DNA from: an uncultured Planctomycetota bacterium
Lineage (GTDB): Bacteria > Planctomycetota > Planctomycetia > Isosphaerales > Isosphaeraceae
NCBI GenBank assembly: GCA_963823665.1
Contig: CAWGMQ010000006.1
Span: 704,001 to 768,000, forward strand
Reading direction: 5' to 3'
Length of the DNA: 64,000 nucleotides
Shown here: one piece after another, positions 1 through 11,061 of the stretch
How the letters are laid out: every line of letters starts with the position of its first letter
Position numbering within the stretch: position 1 is the stretch's first letter
The notes under the pieces: model-generated
Told to the model about the DNA's origin: nothing
What the model saw: the letters and a program-made list of their open reading frames with translations, nothing else
Database searches by the model: none
Program-made: the position numbers and the translations under genes

Positions 1-417
1 ATGCGTGAGGTAACGATCATGTGGGTTGCGGATGGCGTGAAGGAGGTTGTCTACGGGATCGGTTCGTCCCTGGAGGAAGGCGAGGGACAGAGTGATGGCG
101 CCGAACGATGTCCAGTCCCACCAGCGGAATCTCGCGTTCTTACGCCGTGTGATCGCTGCTCGCCATGCCAAGGCCAAGCCGACCGAGATGAGGGCCCAGA
201 ATGGAATGGAAATGCCCGCATCCTCGGGGCGCGCCTCATGCCAAAGCCAGAACGTGTGAAAGGAAAGCCAGCCAGCCGCCGATTTGAACCCAAGTGCCGC
301 GTCACCAAAGGGGATCAGCGGCAGGCGGCGGACTGTGAACAGGCTGTCGACCCAGAGGAGGCCGCACACGGCCGACATCACGATGGGGAGGAGCAACATC
401 GTCAGGCGCTTCCACAT
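1..417 (-). CDS. hypothetical membrane protein, runs off the window edge (not in ORF track)
   Basis: Manual translation from ATG 417 (alternative ATG 462): MWKRLTMLLLPIVMSAVCGLLWVDSLF...SIPFWALISVGLALAW..., open to base 1; follows the 473-841 gene. Confidence 0.6.
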   Translation of the reverse strand, partial: MWKRLTMLLLPIVMSAVCGLLWVDSLFTVRRLPLIPFGDAALGFKSAAGWLSFHTFWLWHEARPEDAGISIPFWALISVGLALAWRAAITRRKNARFRWWDWTSFGAITLSLAFLQGRTDPVDNLLHAIRNPHDRYLTH

Positions 418-472
418 GGTGTGCCCTCTCGAGTCGTTCAGGTCGCACGCGGAGTCAGGCATGCTGAGTCCC

Positions 473-841
473 TCATGAAGACGACGGTCGGTGCGGAAGG
501 CTTCGCAGCCACTGGAGGACGACGCTTTGCGCCAACCCGATCAGGCCACCCGCTAGCGCGAACAGAGGAACGATCGCTACCAACCGAGATAAGGCAAGAC
601 TCAGATGCGCGTGGTGACCTCCGCAGTCGACGGCGAACCAGATGAAGAGACCGAGTACCGCGACGCTTATCGCGCCGGCTGTTGAACCGGCGATCAGTCC
701 TTTCCCTCCGGATCTCATGTCCCAAAGCGAAGCGATGCACGGTGCGAAGAAAAACGCGGTGATTGGTGCCCTGTGAAGAACCGCCAGCGCGACCGCGCAG
801 ACGGCGATGGCAATCATCAACGTTCGAAGGGTACAACGCAC
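473..841 (-). CDS. small planctomycete-type membrane protein
   Basis: N-terminus MRCTLRTLMIAIAVCAVAL matches the common planctomycete R-F/x-T-L-R-x-L-M leader; 3-4 hydrophobic segments. Confidence 0.65.
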   Translation of the reverse strand: MRCTLRTLMIAIAVCAVALAVLHRAPITAFFFAPCIASLWDMRSGGKGLIAGSTAGAISVAVLGLFIWFAVDCGGHHAHLSLALSRLVAIVPLFALAGGLIGLAQSVVLQWLRSLPHRPSSS

Positions 842-1037
842 TTGTCTACTTCTTAGTCCGTTCCGTCGCGTCTGGTCGCTTGCCCACGTTGTCTTATGAT
901 CCCGCGCCCGAGCGATTGCGACTACTCGTCTTTACGCAAGCCGGATCACTGTTGGCTGCGGGAAGGCCTTCGAGACCGGCGAACAGACGCAAGGCGATTT
1001 CCGCAGTTGCGAGGAGCGAGTCTCGCCGACGACTCCA

Positions 1038-1538
1038 TCACACTGTATTCAGGCGATGTCGCGGGCAGAACGGCAGAAGAGATTCGCCCTGCGCGCTGAA
1101 GAATCCCTCCTGGTAGACCTGGATCAGCCCGTCGTTGGTGCGGGCCAAGAATCCAGAAAGTTGTTCGCAAATCCTCGCCATTCTGTTGGGTCCAATTTCC
1201 AAGTTGGGGCAAGGCATTATAAGAATGATCTGCTCGGTCCGCCGTACATGCGACAAGACATCGTCGCGATGGGGTTGATCAAGCATTCCCATCAGGCAAT
1301 GCTCCGCGTTTGCAATCCTGCTGCGGAACTCTTCATGAAGTGGCTGTTCCCGTCGCAGAAGGATGGCGGGTTGTCCTGAGCCTGACAAGCGAAAGCGGCC
1401 GCTAAGCCACAGTTCGCTGTCGGGTTCAAATTCGTGAACGAGCCCTTCGACCCGAGGCCGAAGGGATTCTCGAATGGCAGACGGGGACGGGATGTCATCC
1501 GTAGCTGCATAGACCGAGTACCAAAACCTGAGTTTCAC
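1038..1538 (-). CDS. hypothetical protein (166 aa)
   Basis: GTG at 1538 preceded by GAGGTG; the longer 1946 start in the track is antisense to another gene fragment. Confidence 0.6.
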   Translation of the reverse strand: MKLRFWYSVYAATDDIPSPSAIRESLRPRVEGLVHEFEPDSELWLSGRFRLSGSGQPAILLRREQPLHEEFRSRIANAEHCLMGMLDQPHRDDVLSHVRRTEQIILIMPCPNLEIGPNRMARICEQLSGFLARTNDGLIQVYQEGFFSAQGESLLPFCPRHRLNTV

Positions 1539-1659
1539 GCAGTTCACCTCACGGTCGCTCAGCGACCACACTGGGCGGACTGGGCGGTCGGGTTCGCCGC
1601 GTTCCTGATCGGCTGCTCGACCGTCGGTATGGTCCCATGCCAGGGGCATCGGCGCCAAC

Positions 1660-1880
1660 CAAAAACGCTCCACCTTTGCCGCCACGCTCGAATTTGGCAG
1701 TGAGGACACGCTCGACGCGAACAGCAACGTGGGCGGCCCCAGCAATGTGATCTTCGGCGCCTCGACCAACACGACGACCGTGGCGGGCGCGTATGACTTG
1801 TCGGGATCGACATCGACGGTCTCGGCTGGGACGGTGAACTTCACGGGCACCGTTGACGGAATTGGCTCGGTGATCAATTC
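1660..1880 (+). pseudogene. fragment of a beta-strand-rich adhesin/large surface protein
   Basis: ATLEFGSEDTLDANSNVGGPSNVIFGASTNTTTVAGAYDLSGSTSTVSAGTVNFTGTVDGIG: G/T/S/N-rich beta-helix-like; no proper start or continuation. Confidence 0.45.
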
Positions 1881-2134
1881 ACGATTTTGGGCACTGGCCA
1901 GAATGGCATTGCGGGTGCCAATCACGCCTTGCTGGACGGGGCGCATGACCGTGATGCGGGGAGTAACTTCCTGACCACGCTGAATTGGAAGAACCTCGTC
2001 TTGACACCCCCCGTGTCACGCGAGCTGCACGCGCAAAGTCATGGCAGGCCCGCGGGGGCGCTCTCGCCCCATTTCGTTTCGCGGAGAAACTGAGTGCAAC
2101 CGGCTGGCCGGGCGCCGACGATGGCGGTTCCTGC

Positions 2135-3518
2135 TCAAGGTGGCGCGATAGGGCGGATGCTCAAGGCAACATCTTCTTCAAAACTCGGTGAGGTGATCTG
2201 AACGGGACCGGTGCGGGTGTCGAGATTTTGCGACTTGTCGACGGCGCCGGTGCGCGGGTTCAGCCACCGGGCGCGGAAAGCGCCGGCAGGAAGGTCGAGC
2301 GTCAAAGCGAGCTTGTTCGCCCCATGTCCGTAGATCGCATACGCCCGGCCAGGGTCGCTGAGGGCACGAATCGACACGTCTTTCGGCGCGACCCGCGAGA
2401 TGGACTTTCTGTCCGGAGCCATCCGCACGAAGTCGAATCCGTCGATGAATTGTTTGAGGATCTGTAATTGTTTCCGAAACGTCGCGCCGCCGCCACCGGG
2501 TGTGGGCTCGGCGATCCTGGCAGTCCCATCCTCATGATCGGCGGTGAACGAGTAGTCGAGGTGATCGAAGATCGCGCCTCCAGCCATGATGAAATCCCAG
2601 GCCTCGAAGCGGTAGGTGCGATCGTGAATTCCCTTGAAGCCGGTCTCGTCATCGCCGATGACCTTATTCAATCCGAAGTTCATGGCCACTGTCTCCGGCG
2701 GCGCGGCATAATGGAAGTTGAAGATCGAGACAGCCGGAAAAGGCCGTTCGATCCTGGCCTTTTCGTTGGCTATGTTCTGGGCGAGGAGGTGCTTGTGCGG
2801 CAGTTGCTTTTCCGTGTCGACGATCACCGAAGCGATTCGTGCCTGCCAATCCAGAGTGACGCCGCCGAAATACGGTTCGTTGCAGATCTCGAAGTAGAGG
2901 TTGTCGAAACCGTTCAATTCCGTGATTGCTTTCCGGACGAATGCCTCCTGTATCTGCTGGAGATCCTTGTGGTTGAGTGTGTATGCTTCGGTCTTCTTGA
3001 TCGCGTGCAGGCCGTTCACGTTGTTGCGAGCGTTCATGGGATTGATGTCCCAGAGGTTTTCTTCGTAGAAGGGGCAGAACAGCACGAACTCGACGACGAT
3101 GCCGCGATGGGCGGCGGCCGCGACGAAGTTCTTGAGCCGTCCAAAGTAGTGATTGTTCCAGCGAGCCAGATCGAATTTGTTTCCGCCATCGGCGGCGCCG
3201 GGAGTTTGGGAGCGAGGCCAGGGACTGATGTACTTATCCGGCTGGGGGGCAAGGGTGTTTTTCTCGATCTTGAACGAGCCGGGTACTTCGCGGTATGTGC
3301 CGGAAAACGTCCTGGTGAGATTGAGGCGACGTGCGCAGCTCGTCGAGATAGGGGATGGCGTCGAAGTCGGCGTTCAGAACGGCGCCGTAGTGCTCAGTGG
3401 AGGAGATGAGCACGGTCGGCTTTCCGCGGAAGAGGAGGTAATGAGGGTTGGCCGGATGAAGGGAGATCGGTTCGTCGGCCGCGGGCAGGCTCATGATCAG
3501 AAGAAGAGTCGCGATCAT
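2135..3518 (-). CDS. secreted glycoside-hydrolase-like TIM barrel (GH5/DUF4038-like) with C-terminal beta-sandwich; one frameshift near 3335
   Basis: Signal peptide plus PISLHPANPHY..GKPTVLISSTEHYG in one frame continues as RRLNLTRTF..FEICNEPY..FNFHY..GDDETGF..RWLNPRTG in another. Confidence 0.7.
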
Positions 3519-3624
3519 GTTCGTTCTCCTCTAGCGTGTGTGTCGATCGTTGGATTGACCGAGGAGTATAAGGTAGATTCGAGTTTGTTCCCCAGTCGAA
3601 ATTGAAGTGTCACGTTGGAAGACC

Positions 3625-4506
3625 ATGCCCGAGCTGCCGGATATCACTGTGTACGTTGAAGCGCTTGAGCGGCGAATCGCAGGCGAGACGCTCGAGCGGG
3701 TGCGCATTCAGGCGCCGTTTCTCCTGCGCACATTCGATCCCCCGATTGACTCGACGTTCGGAAAGATGGTGAGGGAGATCCGGCGTGTGGGGAAGCGGAT
3801 CGCACTTGGGCTTGATGACGACCTGTGGATCGTGCTGCACCTGATGATTGCCGGGCGGCTGCAATGGAAGGCTCGGGGTGCCAAGCTCGGGGGAAAGCTG
3901 GCGCTGGCGGCCTTCGATTTTCCGAAGGGGAGCCTGGTGTTCACGGAGGCGGGGAGCAAGCGGCGGGCGTCGTTGCACGTTTTGCGCGGAGAGCGCGCTT
4001 TGCGGGCACAGGACCCGGGCGGCCTCGAGCCGCTCTCGGCGACATCCGAAGAGTTTGAAGCTGTGTTGCGGAAGCAGAACCACACGCTCAAACGATCGCT
4101 GACGGACCCGCGATTATTCAGCGGCATTGGCAATGCATATTCGGACGAGATCCTGCATCGCGCGCGGTTGTCTCCGCTGGCGCTTTCGCAGAAACTCTCT
4201 CGGGCCGATGCCGACCGGCTTTACGCGGCCACGCGGGAGGTGCTCCTGGAATGGGTCGAGCGTCTTCGCGCGGAGACCGGCGACGGCTTTCCTGAAAAGG
4301 TCACGGCGTTCCGACCGGGCATGGCTGTGCACGGCCGATTCGGAGAGCCCTGCCCAGTATGCGGCGCCCCCGTGCAGCGGATTCGCTACGCAGACAACGA
4401 AACCAACTACTGTCCGCGCTGCCAGACCGAGAGCCGGATCCTGGCGGACCGCTCGTTGTCGCGGCTTCTCAAAGATGATTGGCCGCGACACCTTGATGAA
4501 CTCTGA
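3625..4506 (+). CDS. Fpg/Nei-family DNA glycosylase (MutM-like paralog)
   Basis: N-terminal MPELPD, GKRI, HLMIAG, H2[13 protein letters not shown], zinc finger CPVC...CPRC. Confidence 0.9.
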   Translation: MPELPDITVYVEALERRIAGETLERVRIQAPFLLRTFDPPIDSTFGKMVREIRRVGKRIALGLDDDLWIVLHLMIAGRLQWKARGAKLGGKLALAAFDFPKGSLVFTEAGSKRRASLHVLRGERALRAQDPGGLEPLSATSEEFEAVLRKQNHTLKRSLTDPRLFSGIGNAYSDEILHRARLSPLALSQKLSRADADRLYAATREVLLEWVERLRAETGDGFPEKVTAFRPGMAVHGRFGEPCPVCGAPVQRIRYADNETNYCPRCQTESRILADRSLSRLLKDDWPRHLDEL

Positions 4507-4536
4507 AGACGGTCAAATCGAAAGAGACGAACACAA

Positions 4537-6135
4537 ATGTTGCTGGAGTGTTCATTCATTACGGCGCTTGCGGCGTCGATGACGAGTCAGGTTTTTCCTT
4601 CCGGCCAGATTCCTTCGCGGCCCAATATCGTCATCATCCTGGCCGATGATCTCGGCTTCTCGGACCTTGGCTGCTACGGCGGCGAGATCAGGACACCAAA
4701 CCTTGATGCGCTCGCCGCGGGCGGCTTGCGGTTCACGCAGTTCTACAACACCGCGCGGTGCTGGCCCACGCGTGCGGCGTTGCTCACGGGTTATTACGCC
4801 CAGCAAGTTCGTCGCGACACGGTGCCGGGTGTGCAGAGCGGCGGTCAGGGCACTCGACCAGAGTGGGCAAGACTGTTGCCGGAGATGCTTCGCGGGGTCG
4901 GATATCGATCCTATCACTCGGGAAAATGGCACGTTGACGGCAAGCCTTTAGCCAATGGGTTTGATCGATCGTACTGGCTGGAAGACTGCGGACGCTATTT
5001 TCGACCGCGGGTTCACTACGAGGATGACCGGAAGCTGCCGCCGGCCGAGGCCGAATCAGGATACTATGCGACAACGGCGATCGCTGATCATGCGATCGGC
5101 TACCTTTCCGAGCACGCGAAAAGTCACGCTTGGCGGCCATTCTTCCTTTACCTCGCGTTCAACTCGCCCCACTTTCCTCTTCAGGCTCGGCGCGAAGACA
5201 TCGAGCGCTATCGGGATCGATATCGGGAGGGATGGGAAGTGGTTCGCGCGGCGCGGGCGAAGCGCGTCGGGGAGTTGGGCGTGCTGAACGCACGGCTTTC
5301 GGCCGTCGAGCGTGCAGTCGGGCCCCCGTACGACAATCCCGGCGCGATCAAGCTGCTCGGTCCGGGGGAAGTGAACCGTCCCCTGCCCTGGAGCGATCTG
5401 ACGGAGGAACAGCGCAGATTCCAGGGGGAGAAGATGGCGATTCACGCCGCGATGGTCGACCGTATGGATCGCGAGATCGGGCGGGTGGTTGCTCAGATTG
5501 AGCAGATGGGCATGATTGAAAACACAATTATCTTTTTCCTGTCTGACAATGGTGCCAGCGCAGAGATCATGGTACGGGACGACGGCCACGACGCCGCGGC
5601 GCTGCCGGGCTCGTCCAGCACACACCTTTGTCTGGGACCAGGCTGGTCGACGGTGGCGAATACGCCGTTCCGTCGCCACAAGACGTGGGTGCACGAGGGG
5701 GGTATTGCGACTCCGCTCATTGTTTACTGGCCCAACGGAATTGCCGCTCGCGGCGAGCTGAGGCGAGATGCCGGGCACGTCATTGACATCCTGCCGACGA
5801 TCCGAGAAATCAGCCGCACGGAGGGACACGAAGCTCAGGGTAGCCGACATGCCCCACCGCGGCCAGGGCTGAGCTTGGTGCCGGCGTTCGCCAGCGACGG
5901 AGCCCTCAAGCACGAGGAGCTCTGGTGGCAGCACGAAGGCAATCGCGCGATCCGCGTGGGTAACTGGAAGCTCGTTGCTGCAGGCAAGAATGGACCGTGG
6001 GAGTTGTATGATCTCGCGAACGACCGCACAGAGACGCATGATCTGGCCAAGGCACTCCCGGAGAAGGCGGCCGATCTGGCGCGGAGGTGGCAATCGCGGC
6101 GAACCGAATTTGCCGACCTTGCGCGACGAGATTGA
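4537..6135 (+). CDS. arylsulfatase (formylglycine-dependent)
   Basis: RPNIVIILADDLG, CWPTRAALLTG (CxPxR), GKWH, SDNG, HEGG, ELYDL. Confidence 0.95.
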   Translation: MLLECSFITALAASMTSQVFPSGQIPSRPNIVIILADDLGFSDLGCYGGEIRTPNLDALAAGGLRFTQFYNTARCWPTRAALLTGYYAQQVRRDTVPGVQSGGQGTRPEWARLLPEMLRGVGYRSYHSGKWHVDGKPLANGFDRSYWLEDCGRYFRPRVHYEDDRKLPPAEAESGYYATTAIADHAIGYLSEHAKSHAWRPFFLYLAFNSPHFPLQARREDIERYRDRYREGWEVVRAARAKRVGELGVLNARLSAVERAVGPPYDNPGAIKLLGPGEVNRPLPWSDLTEEQRRFQGEKMAIHAAMVDRMDREIGRVVAQIEQMGMIENTIIFFLSDNGASAEIMVRDDGHDAAALPGSSSTHLCLGPGWSTVANTPFRRHKTWVHEGGIATPLIVYWPNGIAARGELRRDAGHVIDILPTIREISRTEGHEAQGSRHAPPRPGLSLVPAFASDGALKHEELWWQHEGNRAIRVGNWKLVAAGKNGPWELYDLANDRTETHDLAKALPEKAADLARRWQSRRTEFADLARRD

Positions 6136-6219
6136 ACCGGCGCGGAACCATGTTCGATGGACATGACCAAGCCGGACGCATGAGATCGCGCCGCCGAGGG
6201 TTTACCTGGTGCTCTGTGG

Positions 6220-7281
6220 CTAACCCTGCGGCTTCCCGGCGCACAAGAAGGTGATTCTGGCGGTGCCGTCGTGATGGGCGGTCGCGACGCGGAGGCCGTC
6301 GGGGTGGAGGTCCATGTCACGCAGGATGTTGGGCAGACCGAAGCGGTGAACGTCTTTGTCGGTGCCTGATTTCCAGAAGAGGAGGATGCCGCCGTTCGAC
6401 CCGCCGGAGCCGCCCATCAGGGTGCCGTCGGATAAGTAGCGCAGCCGCCAGATCACTCCACCGGTGATGCCGTCGGTCAGGAGAGTCCTCGCGAGCTTAC
6501 GAGTTTTTGTGTCGAATACGAGGACAAGCGGCTCATGCACGGCGCCCAGGGGATTCGTCGCTTTGTGCAAGCCTCCGGCGGCCATGACGGCCTGATCGCG
6601 TCTGATCGCCATGCCGCGCACACCGCCAAAGTCGACCTGCTGCCCGCCATCGTAGGTATGAAGTGCCTTGGCGTCAAACGTTCCGAGAGTTTGGCCGGAA
6701 GACGGATCCCACTCCTTGATCACACCGAGAAGATCACCGCTCAGGAGAGACTTGCCACTTGAATGATATTCCAGGGAATAGATATGACCGGCGTGGCCGG
6801 CGAGCTCGCGAACCAACTTGCCGGTCGAAGTATCCCAGAGGCGCACGAACCGATCATTGCCGCCGGTCGCAAGGGACTTGCCGTCAGGGCTCACGGCAAT
6901 GGCGCGGACCCAGCCGTTGTGGGCCTCGATCGTCCGGAGTGGTTTAGGCGAGGCGGCGGTCGTTTCCCAGGCAACAACTCGACCATCGCCCCCGCCGCTA
7001 TAAAGGGTCTCGCCGGACGGCGAGAACGCGAGTGAGAAGACCCAGGACTCGTGCCCGCCCTTGAACGGGGATTTCTTGCCGTCGGCCAGGTTGAAGCACT
7101 CGATGGTCGAGCCTTCGAGCCCACAGAAAAGGAAACGGCCCGTCGGATCGAAACGGCAACACACAATGGGCCTGCCGGCGGGCCACTGCGCAACCAGGTG
7201 CGCTTGCTTGGGGTCGATTCTGGGCGTGTCTGTCACGCTTGATATCTCCGATTGTGGGCGAAGCCCGGGCGTCAACATCAA
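6220..7281 (-). CDS. WD40-repeat beta-propeller protein
   Basis: Repeated GH...WD/WE units (GHESWV, AHNGWV, GHAGHI); start overlaps stop of DUF1501 gene. Confidence 0.9.
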   Translation of the reverse strand: MMLTPGLRPQSEISSVTDTPRIDPKQAHLVAQWPAGRPIVCCRFDPTGRFLFCGLEGSTIECFNLADGKKSPFKGGHESWVFSLAFSPSGETLYSGGGDGRVVAWETTAASPKPLRTIEAHNGWVRAIAVSPDGKSLATGGNDRFVRLWDTSTGKLVRELAGHAGHIYSLEYHSSGKSLLSGDLLGVIKEWDPSSGQTLGTFDAKALHTYDGGQQVDFGGVRGMAIRRDQAVMAAGGLHKATNPLGAVHEPLVLVFDTKTRKLARTLLTDGITGGVIWRLRYLSDGTLMGGSGGSNGGILLFWKSGTDKDVHRFGLPNILRDMDLHPDGLRVATAHHDGTARITFLCAGKPQG

Positions 7282-8570
7282 GCCAGGATCGGGCGGATCA
7301 TCTTCGAAGACGGGTCGGCGATCGGGACATCGCGTCCTTCAATCTCGAACGTATCGGTGGAATCCACACTGACGGCTTGAAGATAGGTGTGGAACAGGTT
7401 CGCGTGATCAACCTGCCCGTCGACAACCTCAGTACCTTTGGCATTCGTCTTGCCGTAGGCCATCCCGCGGTGAATTTTGCCTCCGGCAACGACCACCGAC
7501 CAGGCGTGGGACCAGTGATCGCGGCCGTAGAAATGGTTGATGTTCGGAGTGCGCCCGAATTCGGATATGACGACGATCAAGGTGGAGTCAAGCATGCCGC
7601 GGTCAGCCAGATCGGCCACCAGTGCCGCAAATGATTGGTCGAATTCGCCGAGTTGCTCGATGTGGAAGTTGAAGTTTTCGTTATGCGTATCATAATTCGA
7701 GTGCGAGACCTGCACGAACGTGGCTCCTTTCTCAAGCAGGCGGTGCGCGAGCAGGCAGTGGCGGCCGAGGTCATACTTGCCGTAGCGGTCGTGATCCCTG
7801 GCGGGTTCCTTGGAGACGTCGAACACATCCTTCCGCGCCATCAGTTGAAGGGCCTGCTCGTAGGAATAGGTGTAGGCTTCGGTCACGGCCGTCCGCCGGC
7901 GGTTCAGAAACCGTTCGTTGACGCGGCGGCGAAATTCGTTTCGCAACTCATCCATCGGCTCGGTCAGGTTCCCTGGACGTGTGGTGTATTGAGGGGGATT
8001 CCCGTTGCCCAGCACGATGCTCGAGTATTTGGGACCCAGGTACGCTGCATCGTTGCCGCGCCCGCCGCCACCGCCCGGCGTGATGACGATATGGCCCGGG
8101 AGAGCACTCTCTTCCGGGGCCATCGCCTTCGCGCAGACGGCACCGAACAACGGGTATTCGGCGGCTGGAGTCTGCCTGCGTCCCGTGGCCATCAAGTAGG
8201 CACCCTTGCCGTGGTCGTCCTCGGCGGTGTTGACGCCGCGAACCAAACAGAGGTGGTGCATCTGCTTGGCGACTCTGGGCAATAGCTCGGAAATCTGAAT
8301 GCACGGGACAGATGTGCTGATTGCGCGGAACGGGCCGCCCGTGTCGGTGCCGGGCTTGGGATCCCAGCTTTCAAGCTGGCTCAAGCCGCCGTGCATGTTG
8401 AACAAGACGACACGTTTCTGATCGTTCACGAGCTCTTTGGCCGCCGCGGGGCTGGCGAAAAAATCAAGACCTCCGACCACACTTCCCGCCGTGGTGGCGG
8501 CCATGCCCGCCAGAAACCGCCGCCGGGCCAGATTATGCACCGGAGAATTGCAGGTATATGTGCACTTCAT
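7278..8570 (-). CDS. DUF1501 domain protein (Tat-type leader)
   Basis: RRRFL leader, GGLSQLESWDPKP, YDTH, SEFGRTP, GRDHW motifs. Confidence 0.92.
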   Translation of the reverse strand: MKCTYTCNSPVHNLARRRFLAGMAATTAGSVVGGLDFFASPAAAKELVNDQKRVVLFNMHGGLSQLESWDPKPGTDTGGPFRAISTSVPCIQISELLPRVAKQMHHLCLVRGVNTAEDDHGKGAYLMATGRRQTPAAEYPLFGAVCAKAMAPEESALPGHIVITPGGGGGRGNDAAYLGPKYSSIVLGNGNPPQYTTRPGNLTEPMDELRNEFRRRVNERFLNRRRTAVTEAYTYSYEQALQLMARKDVFDVSKEPARDHDRYGKYDLGRHCLLAHRLLEKGATFVQVSHSNYDTHNENFNFHIEQLGEFDQSFAALVADLADRGMLDSTLIVVISEFGRTPNINHFYGRDHWSHAWSVVVAGGKIHRGMAYGKTNAKGTEVVDGQVDHANLFHTYLQAVSVDSTDTFEIEGRDVPIADPSSKMIRPILA

Positions 8571-8601
8571 GAGAGCGTCTCCATCATGAGAGTCTTGATG
8601 A

Positions 8602-11061
8602 TCAGTGGTTGAATCGGAACTCGATGGAATTGAGCAGGGCCCAGACGAGCTCTTGCACGACTGCCGCTTTTTCCTTGGGTTTGGCAGTGAGCATGCAGAT
8701 GACGTCAGCCGATTCGTCCGAAAGCGGTGGGCGAGAGAGGATCGCCATGTACAGGTCTTCTGCTGCCTTGCAGGGATCCTTTTCCTGGATCATTCGCTCG
8801 GAGACATTACCGCCCGCGGCGGCGATCCAGCTATTAATTGACCCACCGTTCGCGGCAAAGAGGGCCTGGTCGGCGGTTGCGAAGAAGTCATTCTGGGGCT
8901 GGCCGGGTGCGGCGGCGTAGATTGAAACAAACGGCGGCACCGAGGCTTTCAGCTTTTCGTACGTGCGGCGCTCGAGTTCAATCACCCGCGTGATCTTGTG
9001 GAGCGGGTCGAATGCTTCCGTGACCAAGGGCGGCTGATTCTTGTTGAGCTCGGTCTCCTCGGCTTTCCAGTATCGATCGTAGACGCCCGTGACTTTAAGG
9101 ACACTGAAGCAGATCTGCTCGGGCGTGAGCGGTTTGAGCTGGGCCTGCGCGAACTGGCTGGCCCGCAGGTCGCTCAGCTCGGCGGCAGCCAGGGCGAGTT
9201 CGGCGCAGTGCTTCCTGGCGGCAGAGAGTGCGATTCCGAAGGCGACGGACGCTCGGCCGCTGTCGGTTACCTGCTGCTGTAGCTTCTGGCAGCGAGCGAA
9301 CGCTTCGAGAAGCGTCTGGCGCTTGAGCTGAAGCTCGGCGACAGCACGGGCGTCGGCCATTTTCCGTCGGGCTAGAAGGGCGATCTTCTCTTTCTGGCGG
9401 ACCACCTCGCGGATCGGTGCAACCTTGCCTCGAGCCGCCAGAACGGCCTGGGCGGCCGCGGTGACGTCGTCGCCGGCTTTCTTGAGGGCGGCTGTTCTCT
9501 CGGCGATCGTTTTTTCCAGTGCCACAAGCTCGGACGACGCAGCCGCCCCGCGCTTTGTGAAAATGGCGGCGGCAGCGAGGAGCTCTTTGTCTGTCGGCAG
9601 TTTCTTCGCGACTTCTTGCCCACGCGCAGCGGCCTCGGCCAGAATTCTGGCTGTTTCTTCTTTGGTCTTCCGTTGCGTCTGGGCATCGGAGAGTGCCTTC
9701 TGAGTTGCCTCCTTCTGCTTTTCCGCTTCCCCGTGCTGCGCTCTTGCCTTGTCTTGCTCGGCCAGAAGCGGGATGAGTGCCTCTTCGTTCCGGTACCAGG
9801 CTTTGACGGCAGCCAAGTACTCTTTTCGTGCGGCTTCGGCAGACGCCTCGAGCGGTTCGGCTCGAGCCTTCACGTCTGCGAGCTGGGCTTCGAGTTTGGG
9901 AGGAAACGCAGCGTCGCCAGCGGGTAAGTCGATTGCCTGCTGGTAGACCTTCGTGAGGGCAATCTCACGCAGGAAGGTCCGGACGTTGAATCTGGTGGCG
10001 ACAAGCTCGTCTGCCAGCAGGTTCAAAAGCTCGGGGTGGCTCGGCGGGTTGGACGGATGATGGAGGTCGACCGGATGGACGAGCCCGCGACCCATCATCG
10101 CGGCCCAGAGGCGGTTGGCGATGTTCTGGTTGAACGCGCGGTTGCCGCCGCCAGTCGCCAACGATGCGAGCTTCACGCGCCGGCTGAATTTCGGCACCGC
10201 AATCACGCCTTCGGCCGGTTTCACCTGGTACTCTTCGCCGGGAGGAGTTGCCGATTCGGGCAGCTCGGGTTCGCCGGGAACTCGTGGGCCCGTCACGTGT
10301 TTATCGTTTTTGACGAACACCGAGTCGAACGTGAGGTCGGTCCCGGCCTTCTCGGCATGGAACGTGACCACCTTCTGGCCTTCCTTCCGGGTCACCGCGT
10401 AGCCAGAGCTGATGAATGCGAGCAGGCCATAGTAGTCGGACTGCTCATAGTCTTTCACCAAGGGATGGTTGTGGCATTGAGCGCATTGCATGTCGCGACC
10501 GAAGAAGATTCTGCCAACGTCGCGCGTGATCAGGTTGGGTTCGGAGCCGCGATCGAGGAAGAACCTGGCGGCGGCCCGCAGCTTGGGGTCGGCACCATTT
10601 GCGCTCAAAAGCTCGCTCATCACTTGATTGATGGGCCGATTCGACTGCACCGCCCGGAGCAGGTAGGCCTGCCACTCAAGGTCGGCAACGTTGACGTTCG
10701 GGCGGCGCTCCATGAGCATGACGTCGAGCGTGGTTGCCCAGTGGCGGGCGAAGTGTGGGCTCGATAGCAACCTGTCGATCTTTCGCGCCCGCTTGTCCGC
10801 CGTCTTGTCGGCGAGAAACTCGCGTAGCTCAAGAACGGCCGGAGGCATTCCCGCCAGGTCCAGTGAAACGCGGCGCAGGAACTCCGCGTCGCCGGCTTGT
10901 GGCGCGGGTGGGCCGATCCTGGCCGCCTCGATGGCCCGGTCGATCCGGCAATGAAGGGGCTCGCTGCCGGCCTCACTTGCTACCGCTGATCGAGCCAGAA
11001 GCGCGACCACCAACAGCGGCCCGTAGACGCGCAGTCCCTGCGGCATGCAGTTGTCTTTCAT
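8602..11061 (-). CDS. DUF1549/DUF1553 (PSCyt2/PSD1) protein with long coiled-coil insertion
   Basis: DAEFLRRVSLDLAG, CAQCHNHP (CxxCH), ANRLWAAMMGRGLVHP, PSHPELL, terminal EFRFNH; start 11061 or 11046. Confidence 0.9.
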   Translation of the reverse strand: MKDNCMPQGLRVYGPLLVVALLARSAVASEAGSEPLHCRIDRAIEAARIGPPAPQAGDAEFLRRVSLDLAGMPPAVLELREFLADKTADKRARKIDRLLSSPHFARHWATTLDVMLMERRPNVNVADLEWQAYLLRAVQSNRPINQVMSELLSANGADPKLRAAARFFLDRGSEPNLITRDVGRIFFGRDMQCAQCHNHPLVKDYEQSDYYGLLAFISSGYAVTRKEGQKVVTFHAEKAGTDLTFDSVFVKNDKHVTGPRVPGEPELPESATPPGEEYQVKPAEGVIAVPKFSRRVKLASLATGGGNRAFNQNIANRLWAAMMGRGLVHPVDLHHPSNPPSHPELLNLLADELVATRFNVRTFLREIALTKVYQQAIDLPAGDAAFPPKLEAQLADVKARAEPLEASAEAARKEYLAAVKAWYRNEEALIPLLAEQDKARAQHGEAEKQKEATQKALSDAQTQRKTKEETARILAEAAARGQEVAKKLPTDKELLAAAAIFTKRGAAASSELVALEKTIAERTAALKKAGDDVTAAAQAVLAARGKVAPIREVVRQKEKIALLARRKMADARAVAELQLKRQTLLEAFARCQKLQQQVTDSGRASVAFGIALSAARKHCAELALAAAELSDLRASQFAQAQLKPLTPEQICFSVLKVTGVYDRYWKAEETELNKNQPPLVTEAFDPLHKITRVIELERRTYEKLKASVPPFVSIYAAAPGQPQNDFFATADQALFAANGGSINSWIAAAGGNVSERMIQEKDPCKAAEDLYMAILSRPPLSDESADVICMLTAKPKEKAAVVQELVWALLNSIEFRFNH

